From: a virus
Taxonomy: Duplodnaviria; Caudoviricetes
DNA length: 52,162 nt
Reading direction: 5' to 3' (one strand)
IMG/VR virus record: IMGVR_UViG_3300043449_000682
Location: 1-52,162 of that record
Under the pieces are notes generated by a model. That model made no database searches. It saw only the letters and a program-made list of their open reading frames with translations, and was not told the origin of the DNA. This document shows, in pieces, positions 9,426 through 18,720 of this stretch; position 1 is the first letter of the stretch, and every line of letters begins with the position of its first letter. A program made the position numbers and the translations under genes.

Positions 9426-10030
9426 AAACCTCAAACCTTGTCAAACCTCAAACCTCATAGCCCCGATTTGGATGATATCACAGTTATAGTGGTTTGTCAA
9501 ACCTTAAGACCCTATAAAAAAATCCCCTAAAACTAGGGGAAAATTTGCTCATATCGTAATCTTTTTTAATAAAACTATTATGGTTTTTCTAGAAACCAAG
9601 AAGAAATGGTTTGTTATTCTATAGGGGGTAGAAGTTATATGGTTTGGTCTTGATCCCCTGGGATTTCGCCTGGGGCGAATCGGCCTTCGGCCTGATCAAG
9701 TTTAGGGCCCCTGTAAAAATCGGGGGTAAATGAAAAGAAAGGTGACAAACCTATAGCATGTGTAACAGTAACAAAGGTATTCCACATAGAGTCAGAGAAA
9801 GCCCTATATTCTTTTGGCTGTGCTTTTGCATATTGAGCAAAATGATCTCTTCCCATATTTATATTATAACATGGTTTGACAAACCTTGGTTTTCATGATA
9901 TAAGGTTTGGGGATATAAGGTTTGGATCGTAATCTTCTGGAGGGGGAAGGTTTTGGAGGTTCGTAATGTCTGAGGTTGGGGATTTTTTGGATAGGATCGT
10001 AATGTCTTTTGGAAATGAGGTTTGTGGTTT
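9426..10030. repeat. strand-asymmetric AAACCT/AGGTTT repeats, TCGTAA repeats and two GGTTTGWCAAACC palindromes
   Basis: AAACCT at 9426, 9433, 9443, 9450, 9499; AGGTTT at 9903, 9918, 9948, 10018; palindromes 9491-9503 and 9873-9885. Confidence 0.65.
9635..9856 (-). CDS. hypothetical protein
   Basis: ORF with TGTTATAAT just upstream of ATG. Confidence 0.45.
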   Translation of the reverse strand: MGRDHFAQYAKAQPKEYRAFSDSMWNTFVTVTHAIGLSPFFSFTPDFYRGPKLDQAEGRFAPGEIPGDQDQTI

Positions 10031-10078
10031 GTTACAAAAGAGTTTCCGGCCCCCTCGTGAGAGGGGTAGAGACAGAGA

Positions 10079-10351
10079 TTACTCTGTTGCCTCTATCGCC
10101 TCAAACAAGTCCTGCAAGTCGTCAAACCCTGCATCCTCAAAGTTCAACGCTTCCAACAACAAGTCCCATGTCTCATTGATGTATTGCTCAACTGTTGGAG
10201 TCAGATTGATAATTCCTTCTGCATAGCAAAATGCAAGAGGAATCCCGATGTCGTTGTATGCAAAGAAATCTGCCATTTCGTCATCATCTTTATGGTGCAT
10301 CCATACCTGTCCAAGAATTAAAGCCTTGCTTTCAAATGTTGTTGTGGGCAT
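10079..10351 (-). CDS. acidic hypothetical protein
   Basis: SD (GAAGG) and overlap with upstream gene. Confidence 0.75.
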   Translation of the reverse strand: MPTTTFESKALILGQVWMHHKDDDEMADFFAYNDIGIPLAFCYAEGIINLTPTVEQYINETWDLLLEALNFEDAGFDDLQDLFEAIEATE

Positions 10352-10538
10352 AATTTGTACCTTCCTTAGTTTCTTTGGCTGATTCTGCTATTGTCTGTAA
10401 ACGATTATACACTACATAAGGTTGAGACTTGGCTAGGTATTCCCCGACCAATTCTAAATCTACACGAAGGTCAGAAATAATGTTACCCATTTTATTAGCA
10501 ACTTTTTCTTCCTCCGTGATTTGTCTGCTCATACGCAT
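10332..10538 (-). CDS. hypothetical protein
   Basis: SD GGGAG upstream. Confidence 0.7.
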   Translation of the reverse strand: MRMSRQITEEEKVANKMGNIISDLRVDLELVGEYLAKSQPYVVYNRLQTIAESAKETKEGTNYAHNNI

Positions 10539-10632
10539 AGTTTCTCCCTTGTATCAATTGTATCAAAAAGTGGGGGAAAGAGCAAGCCCCACGCTTGCCC
10601 CCTCCACCCGATTAGCCTAGGTGACCCAATAC

Positions 10633-10980
10633 CTAGACTAGCGCTGGGCTATAAGCAGCCACAAATTTATCGAAAGCCACTGAAACATTATCAGTGATAG
10701 TATTGTTAGTGAAGTCAATGAGGATGGTTTGTTCGCCTAGGTCATAGCCATCATTATCAATAGCGTAGATTCCAAACCCTGTTTCCTCTAGAATGCTATC
10801 TTGAATAAGATAACTAATAATCATGCGGGTCCCATAGGATGAGTCTGATAGTCTAGGCTTAGCATGTTGAAGTGCCATTGCCAGGTCCCGCTGCCATTCC
10901 GTCTGGCCCCAGTGACTGTATAGAACTACCATTGGGCCCTGCTCACTGTCTTTAAATACAAAGTTGATCCGTGCTCCCAT
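10633..10980 (-). CDS. hypothetical phage protein
   Basis: Stop/start coupling; LYSHWG motif. Confidence 0.75.
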   Translation of the reverse strand: MGARINFVFKDSEQGPMVVLYSHWGQTEWQRDLAMALQHAKPRLSDSSYGTRMIISYLIQDSILEETGFGIYAIDNDGYDLGEQTILIDFTNNTITDNVSVAFDKFVAAYSPALV

Positions 10981-11318
10981 TAGTCTTGCTCCTCATTCAT
11001 GTCGCCCTCAAAGTCAATAACTACTTTAGTAACTCTGCCGTCCTCGTTCATCTGAACATAGACAGGGTAGTATCCGTCGCCATAGCCTGTGCTAAACACA
11101 ACAGCAGAACCCCTAGCGAGTTCGCCATAGGCGTTTTCAATTGTCGTGGCTGAAGCACCTTGATATGTGTAAGTGCCTACTTTACCTTCTAAGTTCCACT
11201 CGACGCCTTCGTCTGTTTTCCATTGGTCAAGATAGCAGGGGTCACCCACCATTGCTTGTCCTGAGTCTACCGAAAAGTATCCTGCGGTGATAAGATTATC
11301 TACTACATATTGGGTCAT
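10980..11318 (-). CDS. DUF4241-like protein
   Basis: VDSGQ..GDPCY and STGYGDGYYPV motifs. Confidence 0.6.
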   Translation of the reverse strand: MTQYVVDNLITAGYFSVDSGQAMVGDPCYLDQWKTDEGVEWNLEGKVGTYTYQGASATTIENAYGELARGSAVVFSTGYGDGYYPVYVQMNEDGRVTKVVIDFEGDMNEEQD

Positions 11319-11767
11319 TATTTTTCCGTTCCTGTTGGGGTAATTTCTTCTTGTTCTAATTTTAGCATTTCTTCCTCAGTAATGCAAATTGGGCAACGCT
11401 CATGCTCATAGTATCTTTCATTAATTAGTTGGCCATCATCTTCAATCTCAGCCCCGCAACCTTCGCAGTAGTACCAATATGAAGATACCTTAACTTGAAT
11501 AGTAGTATTATCAGGGAAAGGAACCTCAGTGATAAAGTATCCTATTCGATTAACAAATCCCCAGCCAGACCAGATGTAAGACCCACCATCGTCCCCATCG
11601 CCATACATCCAGATATGTTTTTCATTAGACTGTTTAACAAACTCATACTCATCGCCATAAGTTTCAAACATTAAACCATCGAATGAGGCATTAGTGTCTA
11701 TATGATTAGTGATTGGCTTGTAGGTCTTAACGAAGTCGTCAAAGTCCATCTCAATAAATGTATCCAT
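11318..11767 (-). CDS. hypothetical protein with C-terminal CxxC..CxxC
   Basis: Upstream TTGACA-17-TATACT promoter. Confidence 0.75.
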   Translation of the reverse strand: MDTFIEMDFDDFVKTYKPITNHIDTNASFDGLMFETYGDEYEFVKQSNEKHIWMYGDGDDGGSYIWSGWGFVNRIGYFITEVPFPDNTTIQVKVSSYWYYCEGCGAEIEDDGQLINERYYEHERCPICITEEEMLKLEQEEITPTGTEK

Positions 11768-11966
11768 GTGGGGTATCTTTCTATTAGGGTATATCTAAGT
11801 ATAACGGGTTGGGGCTAATCTGTCAACTTCATACGGATAATGTCATAGGCATCGATGGCTCCCGCCGTATAGTCGTCCATCTCATAGTCACCCTCACCCT
11901 GATACTCATCACGCAGTAGGGTTAGTTCTTCAATACGCCCTTCAACAAACGCTAACAGATCGATAC

Positions 11967-12248
11967 TCATTCTCCTGCCTCCTTAGCACTAATAGCAAAC
12001 GATAGGTCATATGTTAGTTTATACATGTGTACATAAGCGTCTAGAATACCCTCTGCATACTTACGCTCTATAGATAGCATAGCGTCTGAGTAGTCGTCTG
12101 CTTCTTCTTGTTTAACTAATTCATCATACTCTTGCTCAGCAATGAGGATTTGATTCTTTAGTTCACCGTGCATGATATCAAGACCTGATACTCCTGCCTT
12201 GACCATACGCTCTAGGTGTGGGTCTATCTTGTCTGCTGATTCTTTCAT
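11967..12248 (-). CDS. hypothetical protein
   Basis: AAAGGAG SD and upstream promoter. Confidence 0.75.
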   Translation of the reverse strand: MKESADKIDPHLERMVKAGVSGLDIMHGELKNQILIAEQEYDELVKQEEADDYSDAMLSIERKYAEGILDAYVHMYKLTYDLSFAISAKEAGE

Positions 12249-12271
12249 AGGGTCTCCTTTGTTATTTATTA

Positions 12272-12293
12272 AGTATATCTTGGGCTACTGACA
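12272..12293 (-). promoter_or_regulatory. PafBC/RecA-NDp-type promoter
   Basis: TGTCAG-N10-TATACT. Confidence 0.65.
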
Positions 12294-12428
12294 AAATATG
12301 GCGGGATGTCTCAATCTCTGCCTGCTTAAGTCTATAGAAATGATAAGCATTAACATAGTCAATCTTCTCTAGGTCTTGATGAAGGCTAACGAGATGTATC
12401 TTTATATATTCAATTAACTCATCAAACA

Positions 12429-12614
12429 TTAGTCTTCTGTCTCCCCGTCTTCGTCCTCATCTTCTTCTGGTTGCTCATCAACTCTAATAGAATAAACCTC
12501 ACCTGAGTAGGAATAGTCTTCATAGTGCCAGCCTAGTTCTTCTGCTTCTTGTGCGTTCTCTGCTTCTACCTCGTAGTTATACTCTACGATTACTTTGATA
12601 TCATATGTTGGCAT
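12429..12614 (-). CDS. small acidic protein
   Basis: GAGGTGG SD; YEVEAENAQEA motif. Confidence 0.7.
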   Translation of the reverse strand: MPTYDIKVIVEYNYEVEAENAQEAEELGWHYEDYSYSGEVYSIRVDEQPEEDEDEDGETED

Positions 12615-12771
12615 TTATGCCACCACCTCTGTAATAGTTAGCCAAGTGGTGCAGTACTTACAGTGCTCCATTTTTAGCGGGGAAGTAACAGAATGAGTAC
12701 TATCTATAATATCCTCAATCTTATCTAATACATCATCTAGAGTCATTGATGAATCTCCTTTTCCTTATATA

Positions 12772-12984
12772 TTAATTATAGGGGTTGGTGTTGATTTTTA
12801 CAACTTCTGGGGATGTGATGTTAGTCACAGTCTCCTGGACAGTGGCATCTTCCCATCCTAACAGGATCAGTTCATTAGGATAATCACACACACAGGTAGG
12901 GGTGTTCTTAAAATCCTGGGTAGTGACCTCAAAGAGGGTATCGCAGTGGGTACAGATAAGATTATACTTAAGCCAGTTAGTCAT
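12772..12984 (-). CDS. Cys-containing hypothetical protein
   Basis: CTHC..CVC, coupled to upstream gene. Confidence 0.6.
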   Translation of the reverse strand: MTNWLKYNLICTHCDTLFEVTTQDFKNTPTCVCDYPNELILLGWEDATVQETVTNITSPEVVKINTNPYN

Positions 12985-13163
12985 TAGAGCCTTCCTTCTA
13001 AATTAACAGATTCACATTCAGCACAAGTGCCATTGGATACATCATCATACCAGTCAGTCTCTACATCTAGCAAGTTGCCCTGATCATCATAAACACCCAA
13101 TTTATGAGATGTTTCGTCATACCAAAACTTACTGGTTTGACCACAGTCTAAACACTTAGGCAT
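12984..13163 (-). CDS. small zinc-ribbon protein
   Basis: CLDC..CAEC; start re-assigned to MPKC. Confidence 0.65.
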   Translation of the reverse strand: MPKCLDCGQTSKFWYDETSHKLGVYDDQGNLLDVETDWYDDVSNGTCAECESVNLEGRL

Positions 13164-13512
13164 TATTCCCCCAATGTAGCATAATAAGCCACATGGCTTG
13201 GTGCAGGGTACAGTCACATTCTCCACCATTCATGTTTTCCATGAAGTCAAAGTGAGAGTAGTTATCCTCATAGATAGAGGTTACGAGTTCGTCGATAGTA
13301 TAGGGTTTATATTTTGTTTGGGTCATATATCAATTATACGCCCATAACCTGGGAAATGTCAACTCTATCGTAAAGAATTTTTGGTTTGACATTTTTAGGG
13401 GAAAAGGTTTGTCTATCGTAATTTAATTTAACATTGACATTTTTATGTCCAAATTGCCCTATTTGTCCTGCCGGAAAAATTTTATGCATTGCAGTGCATA
13501 TTTATTTACTTG

Positions 13513-13586
13513 CGATCCGTACGGGACTTGAACCCGTGACCTCTACCGTGACAGGGTAGCGAACTAACCAACTATTCTAACGGACC
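13513..13586 (-). tRNA. trnD: tRNA-Asp (GTC)
   Basis: GGTCCGT/ACGGATC acceptor, CTACC-CTGTCAC-GGTAG anticodon arm, GGTTCAAGTCC T-arm. Confidence 0.93.
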
Positions 13587-13590
13587 ATGC

Positions 13591-13617
13591 GAGCAGTTTT
13601 AAATCGTGCTCAGGATT
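13591..13617 (-). ncRNA. repeated H-type pseudoknot motif, copy 2
   Basis: AATC-CTGAGCA-C-GATT-TAAAAC-TGCTC, 4 nt before tRNA-Asp. Confidence 0.75.
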
Positions 13618-13631
13618 AATTGTATCAGATG

Positions 13632-14654
13632 CTATGCGAGTTGCATAACATTCTGCACAACTTTCAGCAAACGATTTTTTTCTGCGTTAATTGCAGGGTC
13701 AAATCCTGATGCTGATGCAAGGATAGATTCGTTAGAACCACCACGAGCAGAGCGGTACCAGTCAAGGCGTTCAGTAAGAGCGTTAAATGCACCCCAAGCA
13801 GAACCAGCAATCATGCCATTAAACTCACCTGTGTAGATGTCGTTAATGGTGTCGATTTTGTTTTCCCACTTCTTGAGTGCGCCCTTAGCATCTTTCTCAG
13901 GCTTTGGGTATGCAGCGAGAATGATGTCATTGAAAGACTTAGCATTGACTTCCTTCTCGAACATAGCCTTAGCCATGATGTCGAACTCGTCCATGTAAGC
14001 ATTAGCAAGACCAAGAGTCTCACGAGCAATCTGCACCTTGCCTGATGCAGTCTGAGTGTGGCGAATCTTGAAAGATTGCTTGATGCCCTTATTCTTCTTA
14101 CGACCTACGCCACCAAGAGCAAGGTTAAGAGTGTTAGCGCATACAACACGAACAGGGGTAATAGATGCCTGAATAGCAATAGAACCGTCGTGTGATGTGT
14201 TGATGAGCAAATAAGTTTTTACCTTATCTGCAACACCGCTAGGGTCAAGAACAGTTTCACGCTCTAGTGCAAGAGAGCCGAATACTACACGACCACCCTT
14301 GATTGAGCCAGCAGTTTCCCAACGACCTCCGCCGTCAAGAATGTTGTCACCGAATGAGAATAAATCTTCATTCTGCATTACATGGTAACGCTCACCAACG
14401 ACACCAAGAATGTCGGTCTGCGTGTTGTCAGTAGGATTGGTACGCAATACATACTGATAGTTTTTATCGCTTGTGAGATGTGAGGGGGTTTCCAAATCTT
14501 CCAGACGAACATTCCAACCATTAAGATTAGCAGCAGCCAACATTTCTGATGTGGTTTTTTCTTCTGTAAATACGGTACCCAATCCATGCCAAGCGGGTTC
14601 ACGGAATGATGCAAATGATGCAACGCCGTTTTGTGTTTCGAGGTCATGTGCCAT
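13632..14654 (-). CDS. DUF932 (phage/plasmid TIGR03299-like) protein
   Basis: MAH..REPAWHGLG, GVVGERYHVMQN, ETAGSIKGG, NTSHDGS, TPVRVVCANTL. Confidence 0.9.
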   Translation of the reverse strand: MAHDLETQNGVASFASFREPAWHGLGTVFTEEKTTSEMLAAANLNGWNVRLEDLETPSHLTSDKNYQYVLRTNPTDNTQTDILGVVGERYHVMQNEDLFSFGDNILDGGGRWETAGSIKGGRVVFGSLALERETVLDPSGVADKVKTYLLINTSHDGSIAIQASITPVRVVCANTLNLALGGVGRKKNKGIKQSFKIRHTQTASGKVQIARETLGLANAYMDEFDIMAKAMFEKEVNAKSFNDIILAAYPKPEKDAKGALKKWENKIDTINDIYTGEFNGMIAGSAWGAFNALTERLDWYRSARGGSNESILASASGFDPAINAEKNRLLKVVQNVMQLA

Positions 14655-14685
14655 GAGTTTTCTCCTTTTTGTTGTTGATAATTTA

Positions 14686-14707
14686 AGTATACATGGGGGG
14701 TCTGACA
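14686..14707 (-). promoter_or_regulatory. PafBC/RecA-NDp-type promoter
   Basis: TGTCAG-N10-TATACT upstream of DUF932. Confidence 0.65.
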
Positions 14708-14840
14708 AATGCAAATCGGGATAGTTAGATATGGTATAAATCGGACATTTTTACGGGGTGTCGTAAATCACATCGTAAACATCAGCGTGTCCGCTTGACA
14801 AGATCAAAAAAGGGGCCGGAAAAATTTTGGGAATAAAAAG

Positions 14841-14870
14841 TGAGCAGTTTACATGGCCATGCTCAGGGCC
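14841..14870 (-). ncRNA. repeated H-type pseudoknot motif, copy 3 (degenerate copy adjacent at 14874-14901)
   Basis: GGCC-CTGAGCA-T-GGCC-ATGTAAAC-TGCTCA. Confidence 0.75.
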
Positions 14871-14916
14871 CTCATCCAGTTTAAAGACATTTGACAGGTC
14901 TATTAGTAGCCCCCTA

Positions 14917-15348
14917 CTAAAAATCAATTCTGTCTACACTGGCGGTAAGCCAAGTGATGTTATCAGAATTATATGAAACTGATTCAAAGTCAACATCGTT
15001 AACAATTGATTCTACATCTTCATCGTATGGAACCTGAAGTGTTAGGTTATAGGTGACTGAGACTTCGACTTCAACTTCCTTAGTAAGTTCAAAGCCCATT
15101 ATCTCTGCAATGTCTGTTGCTTGACTTTCTGTAATTGCATCACGCTCTAGTTCTGCCAAGGTCCAGTGCTGCATTCCTTCAACCATACGGTTACGGTCCG
15201 CTGAATCTGAATATGAGCGCTGAGTTACTTTTTGAATCTGTTCTTCTAACTGAGCAATCCGCTGGTCCTTCTGCACAATCTGAGTCTTAAGAAATTCCTC
15301 TGTTGCGTTTACTACGCCTGCAAGTGTTGATAGGTTCTGCTGGTCCAT
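14917..15348 (-). CDS. hypothetical coiled-coil protein
   Basis: SD GAAAGAGG, upstream promoter. Confidence 0.8.
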   Translation of the reverse strand: MDQQNLSTLAGVVNATEEFLKTQIVQKDQRIAQLEEQIQKVTQRSYSDSADRNRMVEGMQHWTLAELERDAITESQATDIAEIMGFELTKEVEVEVSVTYNLTLQVPYDEDVESIVNDVDFESVSYNSDNITWLTASVDRIDF

Positions 15349-15378
15349 GGGGGCCTCTTTCTGTTGTTGTTTATATTA

Positions 15379-15408
15379 ATTATACTCGTGGCCACTGACA
15401 ATTGTCAA
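15379..15408 (-). promoter_or_regulatory. dual promoter (TTGACA-18-TATAAT overlapping TGTCAG-N10-TATAAT)
   Basis: TTGACAATTGTCAGTGGCCACGAGTATAAT. Confidence 0.7.
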
Positions 15409-15421
15409 GGACCCTTGCGGG

Positions 15422-15447
15422 AGGCAGTTTTGGCTCTTACCTAGGAG
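15422..15447 (-). ncRNA. repeated H-type pseudoknot motif, copy 4
   Basis: CTC-CTAGGTA-A-GAG-CCAAAAC-TGCCT (compensatory changes in stem 2). Confidence 0.65.
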
Positions 15448-15561
15448 GTCTGCTTCTTTGGGGCTGCAGTACCCCTGCTCTATAGTATTTCTGTGATCGC
15501 CCTAATCAGCCTGGCGAAGTCTCCACTCTATTTATTTAGCCACGCATTTCTGTGGTCGTGG

Positions 15562-15589
15562 TGAGCCTTTTCCCTTCATGCTCAGGAAG
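15562..15589 (-). ncRNA. repeated H-type pseudoknot motif, copy 5
   Basis: CTTC-CTGAGCA-T-GAAG-GGAAAA-GGCTCA. Confidence 0.7.
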
Positions 15590-15610
15590 TATTATTCTCG
15601 TTATTGAGAA

Positions 15611-16027
15611 TTATAGGTATTGTGCGATAGACTTCATAGTTGAGGCATTTACTGTTTCCTCATCTGTCATTCGCAAAATAGATAGTGCGTTAGTGATTTC
15701 CTGCTTCATGTTCTTGTATTCCCACTCTGCAAGTCGCTCATGCTCACGCTGAGGCTCTTGTGGGAAGTCTGCGCCTGTTGTATCAACATCAAAGTCAATG
15801 TTGAGTGTGTTAGCCCATGTGCGGTGATTTGTGCGGAAGTTAGAAGCCTTCTTGATGTTAGCAATAGCGTAGTCAGTTAGAGCCTTACGATACTTCTCGT
15901 ATTCCTTCTGATACTTTGCTTCTACTTTTTCCTGATTTGCCATTTGTGTTTCAAGTGTAGCCAACTTAGTTTCAAGTGCCTTGATAACCTTTGGTGTTGC
16001 TACCTTAACTGTGATTGCTCTTGCCAT
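15611..16027 (-). CDS. hypothetical protein
   Basis: Start re-assigned to MARAIT after AAAGGAAA SD. Confidence 0.8.
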   Translation of the reverse strand: MARAITVKVATPKVIKALETKLATLETQMANQEKVEAKYQKEYEKYRKALTDYAIANIKKASNFRTNHRTWANTLNIDFDVDTTGADFPQEPQREHERLAEWEYKNMKQEITNALSILRMTDEETVNASTMKSIAQYL

Positions 16028-16061
16028 GTGGGTCGTTTCCTTTTCTGTTAGGGGGTTAGGT

Positions 16062-16089
16062 TGAGCAGTTTTCATTCATGCTCAGGAAT
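16062..16089 (-). ncRNA. repeated H-type pseudoknot motif, copy 6
   Basis: ATTC-CTGAGCA-T-GAAT-GAAAAC-TGCTCA. Confidence 0.75.
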
Positions 16090-16100
16090 AACTATTTAGA

Positions 16101-16265
16101 CTACTTAGCCGTCCAAGTTGTGTAGCGTGATGAACCATTTACATCTAACTTAACACGAACATTACCATTAGCCTGTGGGTTAATCTCGGTAATGATACCT
16201 GTAACCTTTGACTTCTGTGTTGTGAAAGTGTCGCCTACCTTGTATGTTGCTGTTGCTACTGCCAT
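16101..16265 (-). CDS. small SH3/KOW-like protein
   Basis: YKVGDTFTTQKSKVTG; start re-assigned to MAVAT. Confidence 0.7.
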   Translation of the reverse strand: MAVATATYKVGDTFTTQKSKVTGIITEINPQANGNVRVKLDVNGSSRYTTWTAK

Positions 16266-16388
16266 TTGTTTATTTCCTTTTCTGTTAGGGGTTTTTCTGT
16301 ATGTATTAAGTGTAACATTTTTTCTGACATTTTCCAAATCCATTTACTAATAATCTCAAAATGTGAGACATTATTAGTGTGATTTAGG

Positions 16389-16559
16389 TCACTTGCTTGT
16401 CTTGACCATAGCGAAGCGGTGTGCGCCATTTGCAAGTTGCAATGAAACTCTAGTTAGTTTAGAATTGATTGGTGTAAAGTTTTTAATTCGTCCTGTTACA
16501 CCTGTCTTGCTTGTTGTGAATAGGTCACCGATTTGGTAAGTGTATCCGTGAAGTGTCAT
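16389..16559 (-). CDS. small SH3/KOW-like protein (tandem paralog)
   Basis: YQIGDLFTTSKTGVTG; start re-assigned to MTLHG. Confidence 0.7.
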   Translation of the reverse strand: MTLHGYTYQIGDLFTTSKTGVTGRIKNFTPINSKLTRVSLQLANGAHRFAMVKTSK

Positions 16560-16793
16560 TTGGGTCTTGCCTTTCGTTGTGGGGGTTAATTGCTTATAGT
16601 ATAAGTCTAACAGAAAAATGTCAGAAATACCAATTCTAAGGGGGTTTTTGGGTGTGTCCTTAATCACATCTTAAAGGCGTGTCCAAACTTGACAAATCAA
16701 AAAAAATCTCCGGCCCTTTCGGGATCATTGAATAAGAAATATAAAAAACAATAACCAAAATAAAAATATTATTTGAAGTGAATTCACTCTAAC

Positions 16794-17525
16794 TCATTTC
16801 TTAGTCGCAGAGAATACGACATCACTCTTAGAGTATACACAAAGTGAACAAGAAACGCAAGCAGAGCCTGCATTGCTAATTAATGGAATGCGTTTTGCAT
16901 TTTCAGGACACTTAGCGCCAGGTTTATTTGTTAACGCTTTCATGTCTGCCTGGCCCTCTGCAAAATTCTTAGCAAGGTATGCTAATTTAATTCCATGCTC
17001 AGTTTTTAGACCAATTCCAATTGCTTTGTTTTCACTATCAGTGGAATAATATAAAGATAGATTAGGCTGGTCCTTAAGCATAAGCGCTGCAGATTCTACA
17101 CGAGTGTATACCCAAAATTGTACAAAACGATAATCCATGATTACTTGCTTCCAGGCATATGCATATGTATCGCTAAAGAAATCTCCGTCCCAGTGGATAC
17201 GGAATAGCAATGGTGCGTCTTTCTTTGCACAATCTTTAATAAAATCTACGATCATTTCCTTAAGTAGGATGACCATAGTTTCATAGTCTGCGTCTTTGAG
17301 TAGGTCCCAGTTATGGAGTAGGTTAGTCTTTACTCCTGGGAATATCTTTTCCAATTTACCTGCATAGCAAACAGTCTCGCAGACAGTCGTTGCGCCAGGA
17401 CATGAATAGTTCTTTCCTGCGGGTAGTCCGAAAGTGTTTGCGATACTTGCTTGCTTTCCATTAGGTGTGACAAGGTTAGCCACCTTTCTATCTTTAGAGC
17501 GCAGTAGTTTAGCAGTCAAGGCCAA
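16794..17525 (-). CDS. gene product 88 (GP88)-like, radical-SAM-like Cys-cluster protein
   Basis: SCPGAT.VC..VCYA, FRIHWDGDF, FWVYTR, C-terminal CVSCSLC. Confidence 0.75.
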   Translation of the reverse strand: MALTAKLLRSKDRKVANLVTPNGKQASIANTFGLPAGKNYSCPGATTVCETVCYAGKLEKIFPGVKTNLLHNWDLLKDADYETMVILLKEMIVDFIKDCAKKDAPLLFRIHWDGDFFSDTYAYAWKQVIMDYRFVQFWVYTRVESAALMLKDQPNLSLYYSTDSENKAIGIGLKTEHGIKLAYLAKNFAEGQADMKALTNKPGAKCPENAKRIPLISNAGSACVSCSLCVYSKSDVVFSATKK

Positions 17526-17721
17526 GGCTCATTTCTAACGCAATGTCTTCGTTGTATGTTGCAGACATTTCTTCCAATAGGCAATGGGTGCACATTTCTT
17601 CAACCTCATCGACAGAGTTTTCTTTGCATGAGGGGCAAGTAGTTTCATAGTATTCATCTAGGTATTCATCGTTTTCGAATGTCATGGGGGCACGACCTTT
17701 CTTAGTTGTTGTTATATTTTA

Positions 17722-17743
17722 AGTGTAGCATTTCTGACTGACA
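17722..17743 (-). promoter_or_regulatory. PafBC/RecA-NDp-type promoter
   Basis: TGTCAG-N10-TACACT. Confidence 0.6.
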
Positions 17744-17892
17744 TTTTCTACCCTTGCGAGTATATTTCTTTTTAGAAGGCACGGCAGAGGCAGCGTTGCT
17801 ACGGCGTAGTTCCATAAGCCTGCGTAATTCCTCTGGTGTTTTCTTCATATAATAATCTTAGCACACTAGGGAAAAAATATCAACTTCTTAAA

Positions 17893-17908
17893 TGTGACAA
17901 ATCTCACA
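17893..17908. promoter_or_regulatory. CRP-type box
   Basis: TGTGA-CAAATC-TCACA. Confidence 0.7.
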
Positions 17909-17974
17909 CTAATCACGACACGCCCGAACGAGCCGGAAATTTTTGTGCGGGGAAGCACACAAAAACTTTTTAAA

Positions 17975-18220
17975 CTATTCTTCTTCTTCTTCAATAAAAA
18001 CATATAACGGAATTGAATCAGTGTAACTATACTGTGTGACTTCTCTTTCACCGAATTCGTTTTCTGTTTGTATGTCGTAGTTATCTCCTGTTGAATCACT
18101 TTCAATAAAAGTAACTTCAACTATGTCGTCACCAATTTTAATTAAATCACCAAGCATTAGTTGGTCTGGTGTTAAATCATCTGCGTGGATCAATTCCATA
18201 GTTTCCATTGTATCAGACAT
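17975..18220 (-). CDS. acidic hypothetical protein
   Basis: GGAGG SD, abuts upstream gene. Confidence 0.7.
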   Translation of the reverse strand: MSDTMETMELIHADDLTPDQLMLGDLIKIGDDIVEVTFIESDSTGDNYDIQTENEFGEREVTQYSYTDSIPLYVFIEEEEE

Positions 18221-18505
18221 TTAGTCCTCCCAATCAGGTAGCCAGAATGATAAGTGATGCTGTTCAACAATCGCACTTGCAGGGGCTTGAGTTTCTCCAC
18301 GATAGAGAATCTGAAAGTCACCAACCTTTGGCATATCAATCATGCGCTGATAGTCTTCGTCATAGTAGGCGTCGATGGCTTCGATGCATGGCGTTACCAT
18401 TTCTGCGGGGACTGGAGGATAGTGATTACCCTTTAAGTGATAAAGAATCTGAGTCTCAAGGTCCAATACTGTATCCTGAATTCCTAATGCTGTTACTGCT
18501 CCCAT
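18221..18505 (-). CDS. hypothetical phage protein
   Basis: HLKGNHYPPVP motif; start re-assigned to MGAVT. Confidence 0.75.
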   Translation of the reverse strand: MGAVTALGIQDTVLDLETQILYHLKGNHYPPVPAEMVTPCIEAIDAYYDEDYQRMIDMPKVGDFQILYRGETQAPASAIVEQHHLSFWLPDWED

Positions 18506-18720
18506 TATGCAACCACCTTTACTGTTCCGTTTCGATAAAATAACTTGGTGTAACACTTGCCTGTTGGCGTGTGCAGATTAACTGTGCGATATTCTTTAGC
18601 CATTCCCCAATCGGTGAATAGAAAGAAGTTCTCCCATGCGCCATATTCTTTTTCATAGCGTTGTGTCCAATGAGGGGCTTCGCCGTCATAGGCACTTGTG
18701 ATTACATATTCATAGTCCAT
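18505..18720 (-). CDS. hypothetical protein
   Basis: SD GAGG and coupling. Confidence 0.7.
   Translation of the reverse strand: MDYEYVITSAYDGEAPHWTQRYEKEYGAWENFFLFTDWGMAKEYRTVNLHTPTGKCYTKLFYRNGTVKVVA

Noticed and set aside
9236-10226. Plus-strand ORFs 9236 and 9966
   Set aside because: They run through DnaA boxes and short repeats, or overlap a better minus-strand gene, with no protein-like signal
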